This document shows, one piece after another, positions 10,115-18,524 of a stretch of DNA of 35,254 nt. Numbering within the stretch: the stretch's first letter is position 1; the number at the start of each line of letters is the position of its first letter. The stretch covers positions 1-35,254 of the forward strand of contig CAYYGZ010000013.1 in NCBI GenBank assembly GCA_964471275.1. The letters run 5' to 3'. Under the pieces are notes generated by a model. That model was not told the DNA's origin. It saw nothing but the letters and a program-made list of their open reading frames with translations, and searched no databases. This DNA is from an uncultured bacterium (GTDB lineage: Bacteria > Latescibacterota > UBA2968). A program made the translations under genes and the position numbers.

Positions 10115-10135
10115 GCAGGCTTGAGACAAGCCTGC
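10115..10135. terminator. Intergenic stem-loop (possible terminator or processing site)
   Basis: GCAGGCTTG-aga-CAAGCCTGC perfect 9-bp stem downstream of the 10177 stop. No clear U-tract. Confidence 0.35.
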
Positions 10136-10176
10136 CAATGCAGCCTGTCCTGTCTTTGCGATTCGATCTCACTCGG

Positions 10177-11265
10177 TCAGAGGACTTCGAAACTAGTGGT
10201 CAAATCCTGAGTCTGACCGGTCTCCGCCGCCCGGTAACCGGACTCGATGATATCGATCACGTGTCTTGCGTGTTCGGGCGTTGCCAGTGTCTCCTTGCCT
10301 TCCCTGATGACATCCACCAGCTGCATCAAATCCTCGAATACGTGCGATTCTGCCATCCCCGCGTGAACGTCGGTCACGTGAGGTTGTCGATCGTCTTCAC
10401 ATTTGAGATCTGTTTCACCGAGTGCTGTCCCGATGATCGATCCCTCCGTGCCGAAGAAACTCGGTTGGAATCCTTTCGTCACGCTGCCTGCGACGGTACC
10501 GTAGACAAACGCGAAGCTGGCTTCCCCGAAATCCACTAGCAGCATGGTGCTGTCATCCATATCACACGCGATTTCCTGCGAGCGGAACTCCCGCGTTGGA
10601 AGCACCAGATCCGATACGGCCGTCACGCGTCTCGCGGGCCCCAAAATACCCGTCAGGTTGTGCAGACAGTAGACCGTCACATCGTACTGCGGTCCGCCTC
10701 CCGGTCGCCTGAAATACCAGCTCGGGTCGACGTTCGACAGGATGTCATCACCCGTGCGGAACTCCTCCTTCAGGTGATAATCGCTGATCGCCACGCCCGT
10801 AGCCGTCCAGACAAGCTTCCCGATATCGCCGTTCAGAATCGCCTTACGGATCCTTTGATTGTGGGGATGCAGCATCATGCCCGGTGAAGCAACGATGTGA
10901 ACGCCTTTCGATTGTGCCGCTTCAATCAGTCGATCGGCCTCGTCGACTGTCGTCGTCATCGTCTTGTTCACGTGCAGGTGTTTGCCAGCCTCGATGACCT
11001 TCATCCCTTGCTCGAAGTGAAGTCCGATCGGCGTACAGAGTGTCACCGCGCCGACCGCCGGGTCACCCAGCAGGTCTTCAAGGCTCTCGTAGTGCGAGGC
11101 GACCCCGTAGGTATCGGCAGCGGCAGCAGCCCTGTCCGGAACCGGATCGCACACCGCTGCCAGCTGAACTCTGTCCTGCACATCATCTAGGCTCAGATGC
11201 TTCAGCGCTCCCCGAATCCCGATCGCGCCAGCGCCCACAATTCCGTATCCAACTCTCTCTGTCAT
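10177..11265 (-). CDS. Gfo/Idh/MocA family oxidoreductase
   Basis: Start probably MTERVG (11265). GIVGAGAIG, TPIGLH, GKHLHVNKTM (EKP variant), WYFRRPGGGPQYD. Confidence 0.9.
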   Translation of the reverse strand: MTERVGYGIVGAGAIGIRGALKHLSLDDVQDRVQLAAVCDPVPDRAAAAADTYGVASHYESLEDLLGDPAVGAVTLCTPIGLHFEQGMKVIEAGKHLHVNKTMTTTVDEADRLIEAAQSKGVHIVASPGMMLHPHNQRIRKAILNGDIGKLVWTATGVAISDYHLKEEFRTGDDILSNVDPSWYFRRPGGGPQYDVTVYCLHNLTGILGPARRVTAVSDLVLPTREFRSQEIACDMDDSTMLLVDFGEASFAFVYGTVAGSVTKGFQPSFFGTEGSIIGTALGETDLKCEDDRQPHVTDVHAGMAESHVFEDLMQLVDVIREGKETLATPEHARHVIDIIESGYRAAETGQTQDLTTSFEVL

Positions 11266-11420
11266 TCTCGCTCCCGTTCTGGTTGAGTTGATCATCCTTG
11301 CTGCCCCCACATCAGACGGCCCGGTCCCATAGATGAGGCCTTGATCCGAATGCTCCGCAACGCCGCAGCCACATCCTTTTGTGTCTTTCGTGCTTTTCGT
11401 GGTAGGCCTTCCGAACTGCC

Positions 11421-12725
11421 CTACTCCCCGAAATACGCCAACCGATCTCCCTCAGCCTCCCACAACTCTTCGAACATCTTCCTGATATCGGGCAGCGAAA
11501 CAGTTGCGGCGGTCAGAGGATCGAGCGCGCAGGCGTGGAAAGCCGCTTCCTTGTCCCGGTCCAGAACGGCCTGGACGGCCAGCTCCTGCACGGCGACATT
11601 CGTCATGTTGAGTGCCGCGAGCTGTGCAGGCAGATCCCCCACATACGTCGGATGCACACCTTCACGATCTGCCAGACAAGGGACTTCGACGCAGCATCGT
11701 TCGGGCAGATTCGTGATCGACCCGTGGTTCATCACGTTCCCGTTGAAGGCGAAGGGCTTGTCCGTCAATCTTGCTTCGATGATCAGCGATGCGTATTCGT
11801 GTGACGAGGCCAGCGGCGGGACACCAGCCTCGCCGTCATCGACCACACCCGAATCCTTCATCCAGCTCCGTTTGCGCGTGTTCTCCATCGAAACGGGATC
11901 GCGATCAGGTGGACCGTAGTATTCCCGCTGCTCCTTTGTCCGCCTGAAATACGGCAGATACTCGGCATTGTGACGCGTGCTCTCGGTCACAAAGTAACCG
12001 AACTGGCGCATCATCTCGACTCGCACCCTGTCCTCTTCGAAATCTTCGTGAGTCTCTATGGCCTCCCGAAGCCTGGGATACAGATCCTCATTCCCCTTCC
12101 GAAGACGCAGCACCCAGGCCTGATGATTAATCCCAGCGACGAGGTAGCTCACATCCTCATAATCCACCCCGACGCCCTTCGCCAGCTTCTTCGTCGTCCC
12201 CTGCACGCTGTGACACAGACCCACATTCTGGATCGACGACCCCACCGAGTGCAGCCAGGTCAGCATGCACATCGGATTCGTGTAATTCAGCATCAATGCA
12301 TCCGGACAAAGACGCTCCATATCCTTCGCGAAATTCAAATGCTCGTCGGCCGTCCGCAGAAACCGGAAGATCCCGCCAACGCCGATCGTATCCGCCACGG
12401 TCTGCTGCACACCATACTTCAGCGGGATCTCGACTTCGGACTTGTAGGGCTCACCCCAATACGCTGGTCCACCGATTGATACGGCTGTCACCACGCAATC
12501 TGCCTCCGAAAGAAGCTCCTCCCGGTTCATACTCGTAACCACCTTGCCCGGCAGATTGTGTCCGTCGATCGCTCGCTGAACGTAATCCTGGACCTGGCTC
12601 AACCTCTCTTCGTGAATGTCGCACAAAGCAATCGTCGAATCCTTCAGCGCTTCCTGTGACAGAATGTCGATCGACAACCGGCTCCCAAACCCGCTTCCCG
12701 CTCCTATGATCACAATCTTCGGCAC
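11421..12725 (-). CDS. melA: Family 4 glycoside hydrolase, NAD+/Mn2+-dependent alpha-galactosidase-like
   Basis: KIVIIGAGS, ADTIGVGGIFRFLRT, NYTNPM, GLCHSV, AGINH, TESTRHNAEYLPYF, VEVPC and DPLT, all GH4 hallmarks. GGAG SD before GTG. Confidence 0.88.
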   Translation of the reverse strand: MPKIVIIGAGSGFGSRLSIDILSQEALKDSTIALCDIHEERLSQVQDYVQRAIDGHNLPGKVVTSMNREELLSEADCVVTAVSIGGPAYWGEPYKSEVEIPLKYGVQQTVADTIGVGGIFRFLRTADEHLNFAKDMERLCPDALMLNYTNPMCMLTWLHSVGSSIQNVGLCHSVQGTTKKLAKGVGVDYEDVSYLVAGINHQAWVLRLRKGNEDLYPRLREAIETHEDFEEDRVRVEMMRQFGYFVTESTRHNAEYLPYFRRTKEQREYYGPPDRDPVSMENTRKRSWMKDSGVVDDGEAGVPPLASSHEYASLIIEARLTDKPFAFNGNVMNHGSITNLPERCCVEVPCLADREGVHPTYVGDLPAQLAALNMTNVAVQELAVQAVLDRDKEAAFHACALDPLTAATVSLPDIRKMFEELWEAEGDRLAYFGE

Positions 12726-13278
12726 AACATATCTCCTTTGGAATCTGATACATCGCCCATCCCGATACTGCAGTAATTAGCCTGAAAGACTTCCACAACC
12801 AGAGTCCTGCACAATCCAACAGGAAAGGCAAACAGGGCGTTTCTCAACCACATCGATCCGGGTAAGGGCTGACACAGGAGCGGAGTGCCTTGACCAAGCC
12901 GCCCTTCTGTTGTGGCTTTCCAAAGCCCTGCGTCCAGATTCTCCTTCCGCTCTCTGGGTTAGCGATCCTGTCGCCTGCTGAATCGCCAGGTCACATAGAG
13001 TAGTCCATGAAGACATACCTACCCAAACCCGACCGTATCCCCCGTCCCCTGTCCACCGACACCTTCACACAGGGTCTGTCGGGAAATCGTGCGAAATCGT
13101 TGCACCGTTGTGATGGAAGCGGTCCATATCCGATCCGTGTGAAGAAAGCGGAGCAGAGAGTGTCGTGGTTCTCTATTTTGCACGGAGGTCTCCCGTTGAC
13201 GCATCTCGGTGAAGACCATTATCGCGAGTCGCTACGCGAACCACAACCGACAATCCACACGACACCGAGGAGGAACAG

Positions 13279-13515
13279 ATGGGGTGATGCAACTCAGCCA
13301 TAGTTCCGGCATCAGTCGATGATTGTCCAGGAACCGTGAACCCGTGGAACGTGGTTGAATATGTCGATCAGGTGGTGGTTCTCTACGTCACGGATGACAA
13401 CACCGCACTTGTGCTCTGGACCTCAGGCTGGAGTGTCGGTAGTGAAGGAGCGAGGGAATTGGTCGATTCCAACTTTCAGGGACTGCTTCCCGACCTGAAG
13501 GCACACTCCGCAAGA
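13279..13515 (+). pseudogene. SRPBCC/polyketide-cyclase-like pseudogene (premature TGA, internal deletion)
   Basis: GAGGAGG SD and ATG 13279, in frame with ORF 13336. Translation MG*CNSAIVPASV|DDCPG...EYVDQVVVLYVTDDNTALVLWTSGW...FQGLLPDLKAH resembles the N- and C-termini of small SRPBCC proteins with the middle missing. End coordinate is approximate. Confidence 0.6.
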
Positions 13516-13538
13516 GACACCTGTTCCAGCGTACACAG

Positions 13539-13574
13539 AAAGAGCTCCTCGGAAGGCACTTCGAGGAGCTCTTT
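13539..13574. terminator. Bidirectional rho-independent terminator
   Basis: AAAGAGCTCCTCG(G)AAG-gca-CTTCGAGGAGCTCTTT long stem with T-rich tails on both strands, between convergent units. Confidence 0.75.
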
Positions 13575-13596
13575 GTCGTTTGATTCTGGTAAATCG

Positions 13597-14631
13597 CTAC
13601 AGCCGTACGGTCTCACCTTTCTCGGATGACTGCATAGCCGCGTCATAGACACGCATCAGCGTTACCATCTGCTCTGGTGTCACCACCAGATCGGCACTGT
13701 TGTTCAGAACGTCCGAGATGTTCTGGTAATAGGACGTCCATGACCCCCTGACGCTATCCATCACGATCTTCTGTTTCTCCCCGGATACGTGAGTCGTGAC
13801 CCGCGCACGAATGTCGGAATCCTCCTTCGCTTCGAGAATCCGGCCTTCCTTCATGTATCCTTCCTGCGGATCCAGCCCAAACTTCACTAGGGCTCCCTTC
13901 TCGCCGCACACATACCACCTAGGCTTGTCCTCCGCCGCCAGGTTCCCGATTTCGATCTGATACGTTACATCGTTCGCATAGTGGATCAGGATATTTCCGT
14001 AGTTCCCGATGTCCGTATCCCAGGTATTCCTGTAGATGAGTTCGCACGAGACGCGATCGGGTGGCGAGTCGACAAGCTGGAGGGCTTGGTCCACGAGGTG
14101 CGCGGGCCAATCATACAAAAGGCCGCCACTTGACGCCTTGTCCCCACGCCAGCTCCCCGGATTGCTGTATCGCATGATCGCAGCCTGGAACAGATACGGT
14201 TTGCCAAGCAGTCCGTCGTCGATTGCCTTCCGGACCGTAAGGTAGTCCCAGTCCCAACGCCGGTTGTGGAACACGGACAACATTACGTCGTTCCGATCAC
14301 GTGCGGCAACCATGGATCGCGCTTCGCGGGCATTCATGCACATGATCTTGTCAGTAATGACGTGTTTGCCCGCGTCCATCGCTCGCATTGACAGCTCTGC
14401 GTGCGAGTCGTGCGGTGTTGCGATCACGACCAGGTCAACGCGATCGTCCCCAAGAAGCTCGTTGATCCCGCCATAAATCTTCGCGTCCGGATACGCCTCG
14501 CCAGCCTCTCGTTGACGCTCCGGGTCACGCGTAGAAATCGCGTAGAGGTTCAATCCCTCTGCTATGCTGATCAGGTAGCTCTGAAATGCTCTCCCGCTGT
14601 ATCCATATCCGACAACCGCTGCGTTGATCAT
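13597..14631 (-). CDS. Gfo/Idh/MocA oxidoreductase (IolW/YdgJ-like)
   Basis: VVGYGYSG, ATPHDSH, GKHVITDKIM, VFHNRRWDWDY, GGLLYDWPAHLVDQ, GLDPQE. Confidence 0.9.
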   Translation of the reverse strand: MINAAVVGYGYSGRAFQSYLISIAEGLNLYAISTRDPERQREAGEAYPDAKIYGGINELLGDDRVDLVVIATPHDSHAELSMRAMDAGKHVITDKIMCMNAREARSMVAARDRNDVMLSVFHNRRWDWDYLTVRKAIDDGLLGKPYLFQAAIMRYSNPGSWRGDKASSGGLLYDWPAHLVDQALQLVDSPPDRVSCELIYRNTWDTDIGNYGNILIHYANDVTYQIEIGNLAAEDKPRWYVCGEKGALVKFGLDPQEGYMKEGRILEAKEDSDIRARVTTHVSGEKQKIVMDSVRGSWTSYYQNISDVLNNSADLVVTPEQMVTLMRVYDAAMQSSEKGETVRL

Positions 14632-14850
14632 ACGCCGTTCACCCTGAGTAATTGTTCACCTGCGTGTCAGGCACATTCGTAAACCCATCCGCCACCGTTC
14701 ACCTTGAGTGACGTCCTCGATCCGATGTGGTGAAGCATCCGACCCCAACGAATCTGAACTGTAGACACCATTCTGAATCAGTACAGTTTAGAATCAGATA
14801 TCTCGTCCGATCCTCGAACTGGGGACTCCTGGAATCCCTCCCTGCGTGCC

Positions 14851-15627
14851 TCACACCGCTTCAGTGTCTTCGAGCACGTCGTGAACGCCCGGCCATTCTG
14901 CCCAAATGTCTGTATAGGCATCTTTACCGAGGATCTTGATGTCCGTGTGCCGAGGACGGGCAATCACAGCCAGCCGAACGTCTGGCGAGGCATTGGGCCC
15001 GCCCGTGTGGATCAGCGCGTGATGCCCGACGATCAGATCGCCAGCTTGCCCAGTAACCTGCACGGGCGGCTCGGGGAAGTCGATTTTCGGTACGCCGTTG
15101 GAGAGCACTTCGTGACCGACCTCCTTGAAGTAGGTCTCGCAGGTGCGGTGTGACCCGGGCCAGACGGTGAAGTTGCCGCACCACGGATTGGGCAGATCCA
15201 TCAGATACACGACGGCAAATGCCGTGAAGCCGCGGCTGTAGTCGCCTTTGGCTGTACCGTTCAAGCCGTTTCCGGTGCCGTCCATGTGCCCACTCGGACC
15301 GAATGGTTCCTCACCTGGTGCCAGAGGAAACCTCGGGTAGGGCTTGGCCCAGGTGATCGGTTGCACGTTATCCTCTCCCATCAGGGATTCGTAGATGGCC
15401 GTGAACACAGGACCCGCAAACAAATCGGTAATCACCAGTTGGTCGCACAACTCGGCACAGTAGAAGGAAGACCTGTTGTTATCCATGTTCTCGCCGCCCA
15501 GACCCACAGCGCCAATCGAGTGATTGATTGCCCGTCTGGCTGCGTCCACCTGTGCCAACGGAATCGCACCCGGGATCTTCAGGTAGCCTTTGTCTACAAA
15601 CTCTCGCTTCTGTGTTCGCGTAAGCAC
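14851..15627 (-). CDS. Phytanoyl-CoA dioxygenase (PhyH) family Fe(II)/2OG oxygenase, paralog B
   Basis: GTG 15627 after GAGGAGG. HMD...H facial triad, GNFTVWPGSH, GQAGDL, NASPDVR. Confidence 0.85.
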   Translation of the reverse strand: MLTRTQKREFVDKGYLKIPGAIPLAQVDAARRAINHSIGAVGLGGENMDNNRSSFYCAELCDQLVITDLFAGPVFTAIYESLMGEDNVQPITWAKPYPRFPLAPGEEPFGPSGHMDGTGNGLNGTAKGDYSRGFTAFAVVYLMDLPNPWCGNFTVWPGSHRTCETYFKEVGHEVLSNGVPKIDFPEPPVQVTGQAGDLIVGHHALIHTGGPNASPDVRLAVIARPRHTDIKILGKDAYTDIWAEWPGVHDVLEDTEAV

Positions 15628-15638
15628 AGTATCCTCCT

Positions 15639-16424
15639 CTAGGCTGCGGGGGTCTCGACCCCCTCTAGCGCCTCTCTCACCCCATCCCACTCCCGCCAGA
15701 TATCGAGATAGGCGTCGGGACCGTTCTCCTCAACATCCACGTGCTGCAGCCGGCTGATCGTCGCCAGTCTCACGTTTGGCGATGCGTTCAGACACGGCCC
15801 GTGAAACATCGAATGGTGCGCGATAACCAGATCGCCGGCCTTTCCCGTAACCATGATCGGAGGCTCTGGGAACTCCGGATGGGGCATGCCATTCCTTAGG
15901 ATCTCGTGACCGCCGTTATCCTTGAAATAGTCTTGGAAGAAAGTGTGTGTCCTGGGCCATACGGTGAAATTCCCACTGTTGGGACCGTCGACGTCCTGAA
16001 GATAAACGACAGCGAAGGCAGTGAAACTCCGACTGTATTTCCCCTTTTCCTGACCGTTCGTGCCATTTCCCACACCATCAAGGTGGCCTCTCGGATCAGT
16101 GGGCTCCTCCCCCAGCGCGATAGGGAACCGCGGATAGGTCTTCGCCCGCGTCACGGGTTTTACTTTCCCTTCGCCCATCAGATCCTCCGCAATCTGCATC
16201 ACGGGCGTCTTGTTATACATGTCGAGAAACGTCTCGTCACCGATGAGTTCCGCGCAGAAGAAACCGGATCGGAACCGTGTCAGGTCCTCGCCACCGATCC
16301 CCACATTTCCGATCGAGTGGTAGACCTTCCGTCTCGCCGCCTCGACCATCACCAGGGGCACCGCACCCGGGATCTGCAAATACCCCTGCTCCGCGAATTC
16401 TTGTATCTGCCGCTGAGTTAGCAT
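15639..16424 (-). CDS. Phytanoyl-CoA dioxygenase (PhyH) family Fe(II)/2OG oxygenase, paralog A
   Basis: MLTQRQIQEFAEQGYL, HLD...H triad, GNFTVWPRTH, GKAGDL, NASPNVR. Confidence 0.85.
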   Translation of the reverse strand: MLTQRQIQEFAEQGYLQIPGAVPLVMVEAARRKVYHSIGNVGIGGEDLTRFRSGFFCAELIGDETFLDMYNKTPVMQIAEDLMGEGKVKPVTRAKTYPRFPIALGEEPTDPRGHLDGVGNGTNGQEKGKYSRSFTAFAVVYLQDVDGPNSGNFTVWPRTHTFFQDYFKDNGGHEILRNGMPHPEFPEPPIMVTGKAGDLVIAHHSMFHGPCLNASPNVRLATISRLQHVDVEENGPDAYLDIWREWDGVREALEGVETPAA

Positions 16425-16548
16425 GTCTGACCTCTAAGCATCCATAGGTTTCCCACGTCCCACTCCCTGCCGAACTTGTCTCTCTACTCCGAACTCTCCC
16501 GGACGTTTGGAACCTGAAACGCCCCCGCCCTTTTGGAACGCTCCTTGT

Positions 16549-17703
16549 CTACCAATTCGTATACGCCCCATCTCTCCGCCTCAAATGCGGTGCCTCCCAG
16601 AACGCAAAACTCTTCTCCTTCGCGAGCTCCTCGTTGAACCCGATCCCAAGTCCGGGAGTATCGGGAACCGTGATCCAGTCTCCCTCTGCTTTCAGCTGTC
16701 CCGGGAACATCTCGTGATCGAATTCACAAACCGAGTCGGTCGGCGTGATGCGATACTCGAGCCACGAAAAATTGGGAACAGCTGCCGCAAAGTGGACGCT
16801 GGCGGCGGTACAGATTGGACCCAGCGGATTGTGCGGCATCAGGTCGATGTAGTGGGTCTCTGCCAGAGAGGCCACCTTCATCGACTCTGTCAAGCCGCCG
16901 ACGTTGCACACATCCAGCCGTGCAAATTGGGTGATACCCCTCTCGAGATAAGGAGAGAACTGCCATTTGCTTGCGAACTCCTCGCCGATCGCAAACGGCA
17001 CGTCTGTCATTGATCTAAGGGATTCATACGCCTCGGGTGACTCATCTCTGATCGGCTCTTCGATAAAATCAACCGTGCCCGAAGGCATCCGTTGGCAGAA
17101 TGATGCGGCCTCTGCAACGGTCAACCGATGGTGATACTCGATGCCGATCGTGGGATCGGACCCGACTTCTCGCCTGAGCGCGGTCAGGTTGTCGGCCGTG
17201 ATGGCAATGGACCCTCTTGGCTCGAAGGTCCCGGCTTCCTTCACCGGATCTGCCAGCATTGTCCGGATCACGTTCCAGCCGGAGTCCATCAGCAGACGTA
17301 CGTTGGCAAGCAGTTCCTCGTAGCTGGGCATCCCGCAGGTCGCAAAGCACGGAATCTGATCACGGTGCTTACCGCCCAACAGCTGATAGACGGGAATACC
17401 CAGTGACTTGGCCATGATATCGTGCAGGGCGATGTCGATAGCCGCAATGGCCGCAGTTAGGGCACGACCGCCTTCGAAGTATTGGCTCCGATACATCTCC
17501 TGCCAGAGCGCCCCGATGTTCCTGGGATCGCGGCCAATCAAGAACTCGCGATAATGCTTCACCGCACCGACAACAGCCAACTACCTGCCCGACAGCCCTG
17601 ACTCACCAAGACCGAAGAGTCCTTCGTCAGTCTCGACCTTGATCACCAGTTGGTTTCTGTGCCCAACCCAGATCGGATAGGATTTCACATCCGTGATCTT
17701 CAA
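16549..17703 (-). pseudogene. Mandelate racemase/MLE-family acid-sugar dehydratase interrupted by an in-frame TAG (17581-17583)
   Basis: TTG 17703 after GAGGT gives MKITDVKSYPIWVGHRNQLVIKVETDEGLFGLGESGLSGR*LAVVGAVKHY..., continuing in frame into ORF 16549..17580 (EYHHR, EEP, GEE, MPHNP, PGLG). Confidence 0.82.
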
Positions 17704-17713
17704 AATACCTCAG

Positions 17714-18318
17714 CTATTCATAGAGCGATGCAGCGGAAATGGCCGTCTCGAACCTCACCAGGTCGGCTGCTTTTCGCCAATCGACAAGCGACTGGACACT
17801 CTCGAGAGCCCGTTGATGGGTACACCAAGATACACCAGATCCGCCAGTCGTGCCGCATCCAACATCAGGACGTTCATTTGATCCAGGATGAACAACGCGT
17901 GACTGCCCTTGAACGAGGAGACCAGAGACAGTTCCATCGACCGACACGCATCCTCGAGCGACACAAAAGAAAAATAGTTGTGACGCAGGGACATCATTCG
18001 ATGCTCGACGGGGCCCAACTCGGGTGTCTTCCCGGTCTTCTGCTCGTAGCATCGATCCCGGCGTTCTTTGTCGTATGCATCGCGCATGCGTCGGATCTTT
18101 TTGGCCGCCACATCAGTGTCCATCTGCAGAAGCGCTTCAGCGAACTGTCGCACCTCTGCATAGCCCTCGCCGTGCGTCCGCTTGATCTCCTCCATCGGTC
18201 GCAGTCCCGCCCCGAATCGCAGACACGTGTTCGAGATACCGTCTCGACGCCAGAAATACTGTCCGATATTCTCAGTCACCTGCTTGCTAAAGGAATAAGC
18301 ATCCGTGGTCATCGTCGG
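17714..18318 (-). pseudogene. NAD-dependent epimerase/dehydratase, C-terminal fragment with a frameshift
   Basis: DAYSFSKQ (YxxxK) and CLRFG are present but there is no Rossmann N-terminus. Near 17815 the family-like tail (SLVDWRKAADLVRFET...YE*) continues in another frame and ends at 17714. Confidence 0.72.
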
Positions 18319-18523
18319 GACTGATCGGATTGTTCCCGAAGGCACCGACCTCCGCGATCACGATATCCGCTTCGGCTGCAGCCCGCTCAAATGCCCTGAC
18401 AGCATCCCGATCCTCTACCGACTTCAAGGGGCAGAAAGCCGCACGATATCCCTGCCGCCTCACTTCCCGTACCCATCCGTCAGGTATGTCCATATCCCCG
18501 AACACGGGCCCGCCAAGTCTCAT
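18287..18523 (-). pseudogene. Sugar-phosphate isomerase/epimerase (xylose-isomerase-like TIM barrel), N-terminal fragment
   Basis: MRLGGPVF...GYRAAFCP...DIVIAEVGAFGNNPISPDD, then an abrupt stop after 78 aa. Starts immediately after the sulfatase stop. Confidence 0.72.
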
Positions 18524-18524
18524 C

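Noticed and set aside
12777..13303. ORFs 12777..13016(-), 13007..13303(+) and 13019..13219(-)
   Set aside because: No recognisable motifs or good SD, and they overlap each other. Probably non-coding or unrecognisably decayed.
17581..17583. Pyrrolysine or stop-codon reassignment
   Set aside because: TAG terminates many intact genes in the window, no pyl genes are seen, and the neighbouring genes are also broken.
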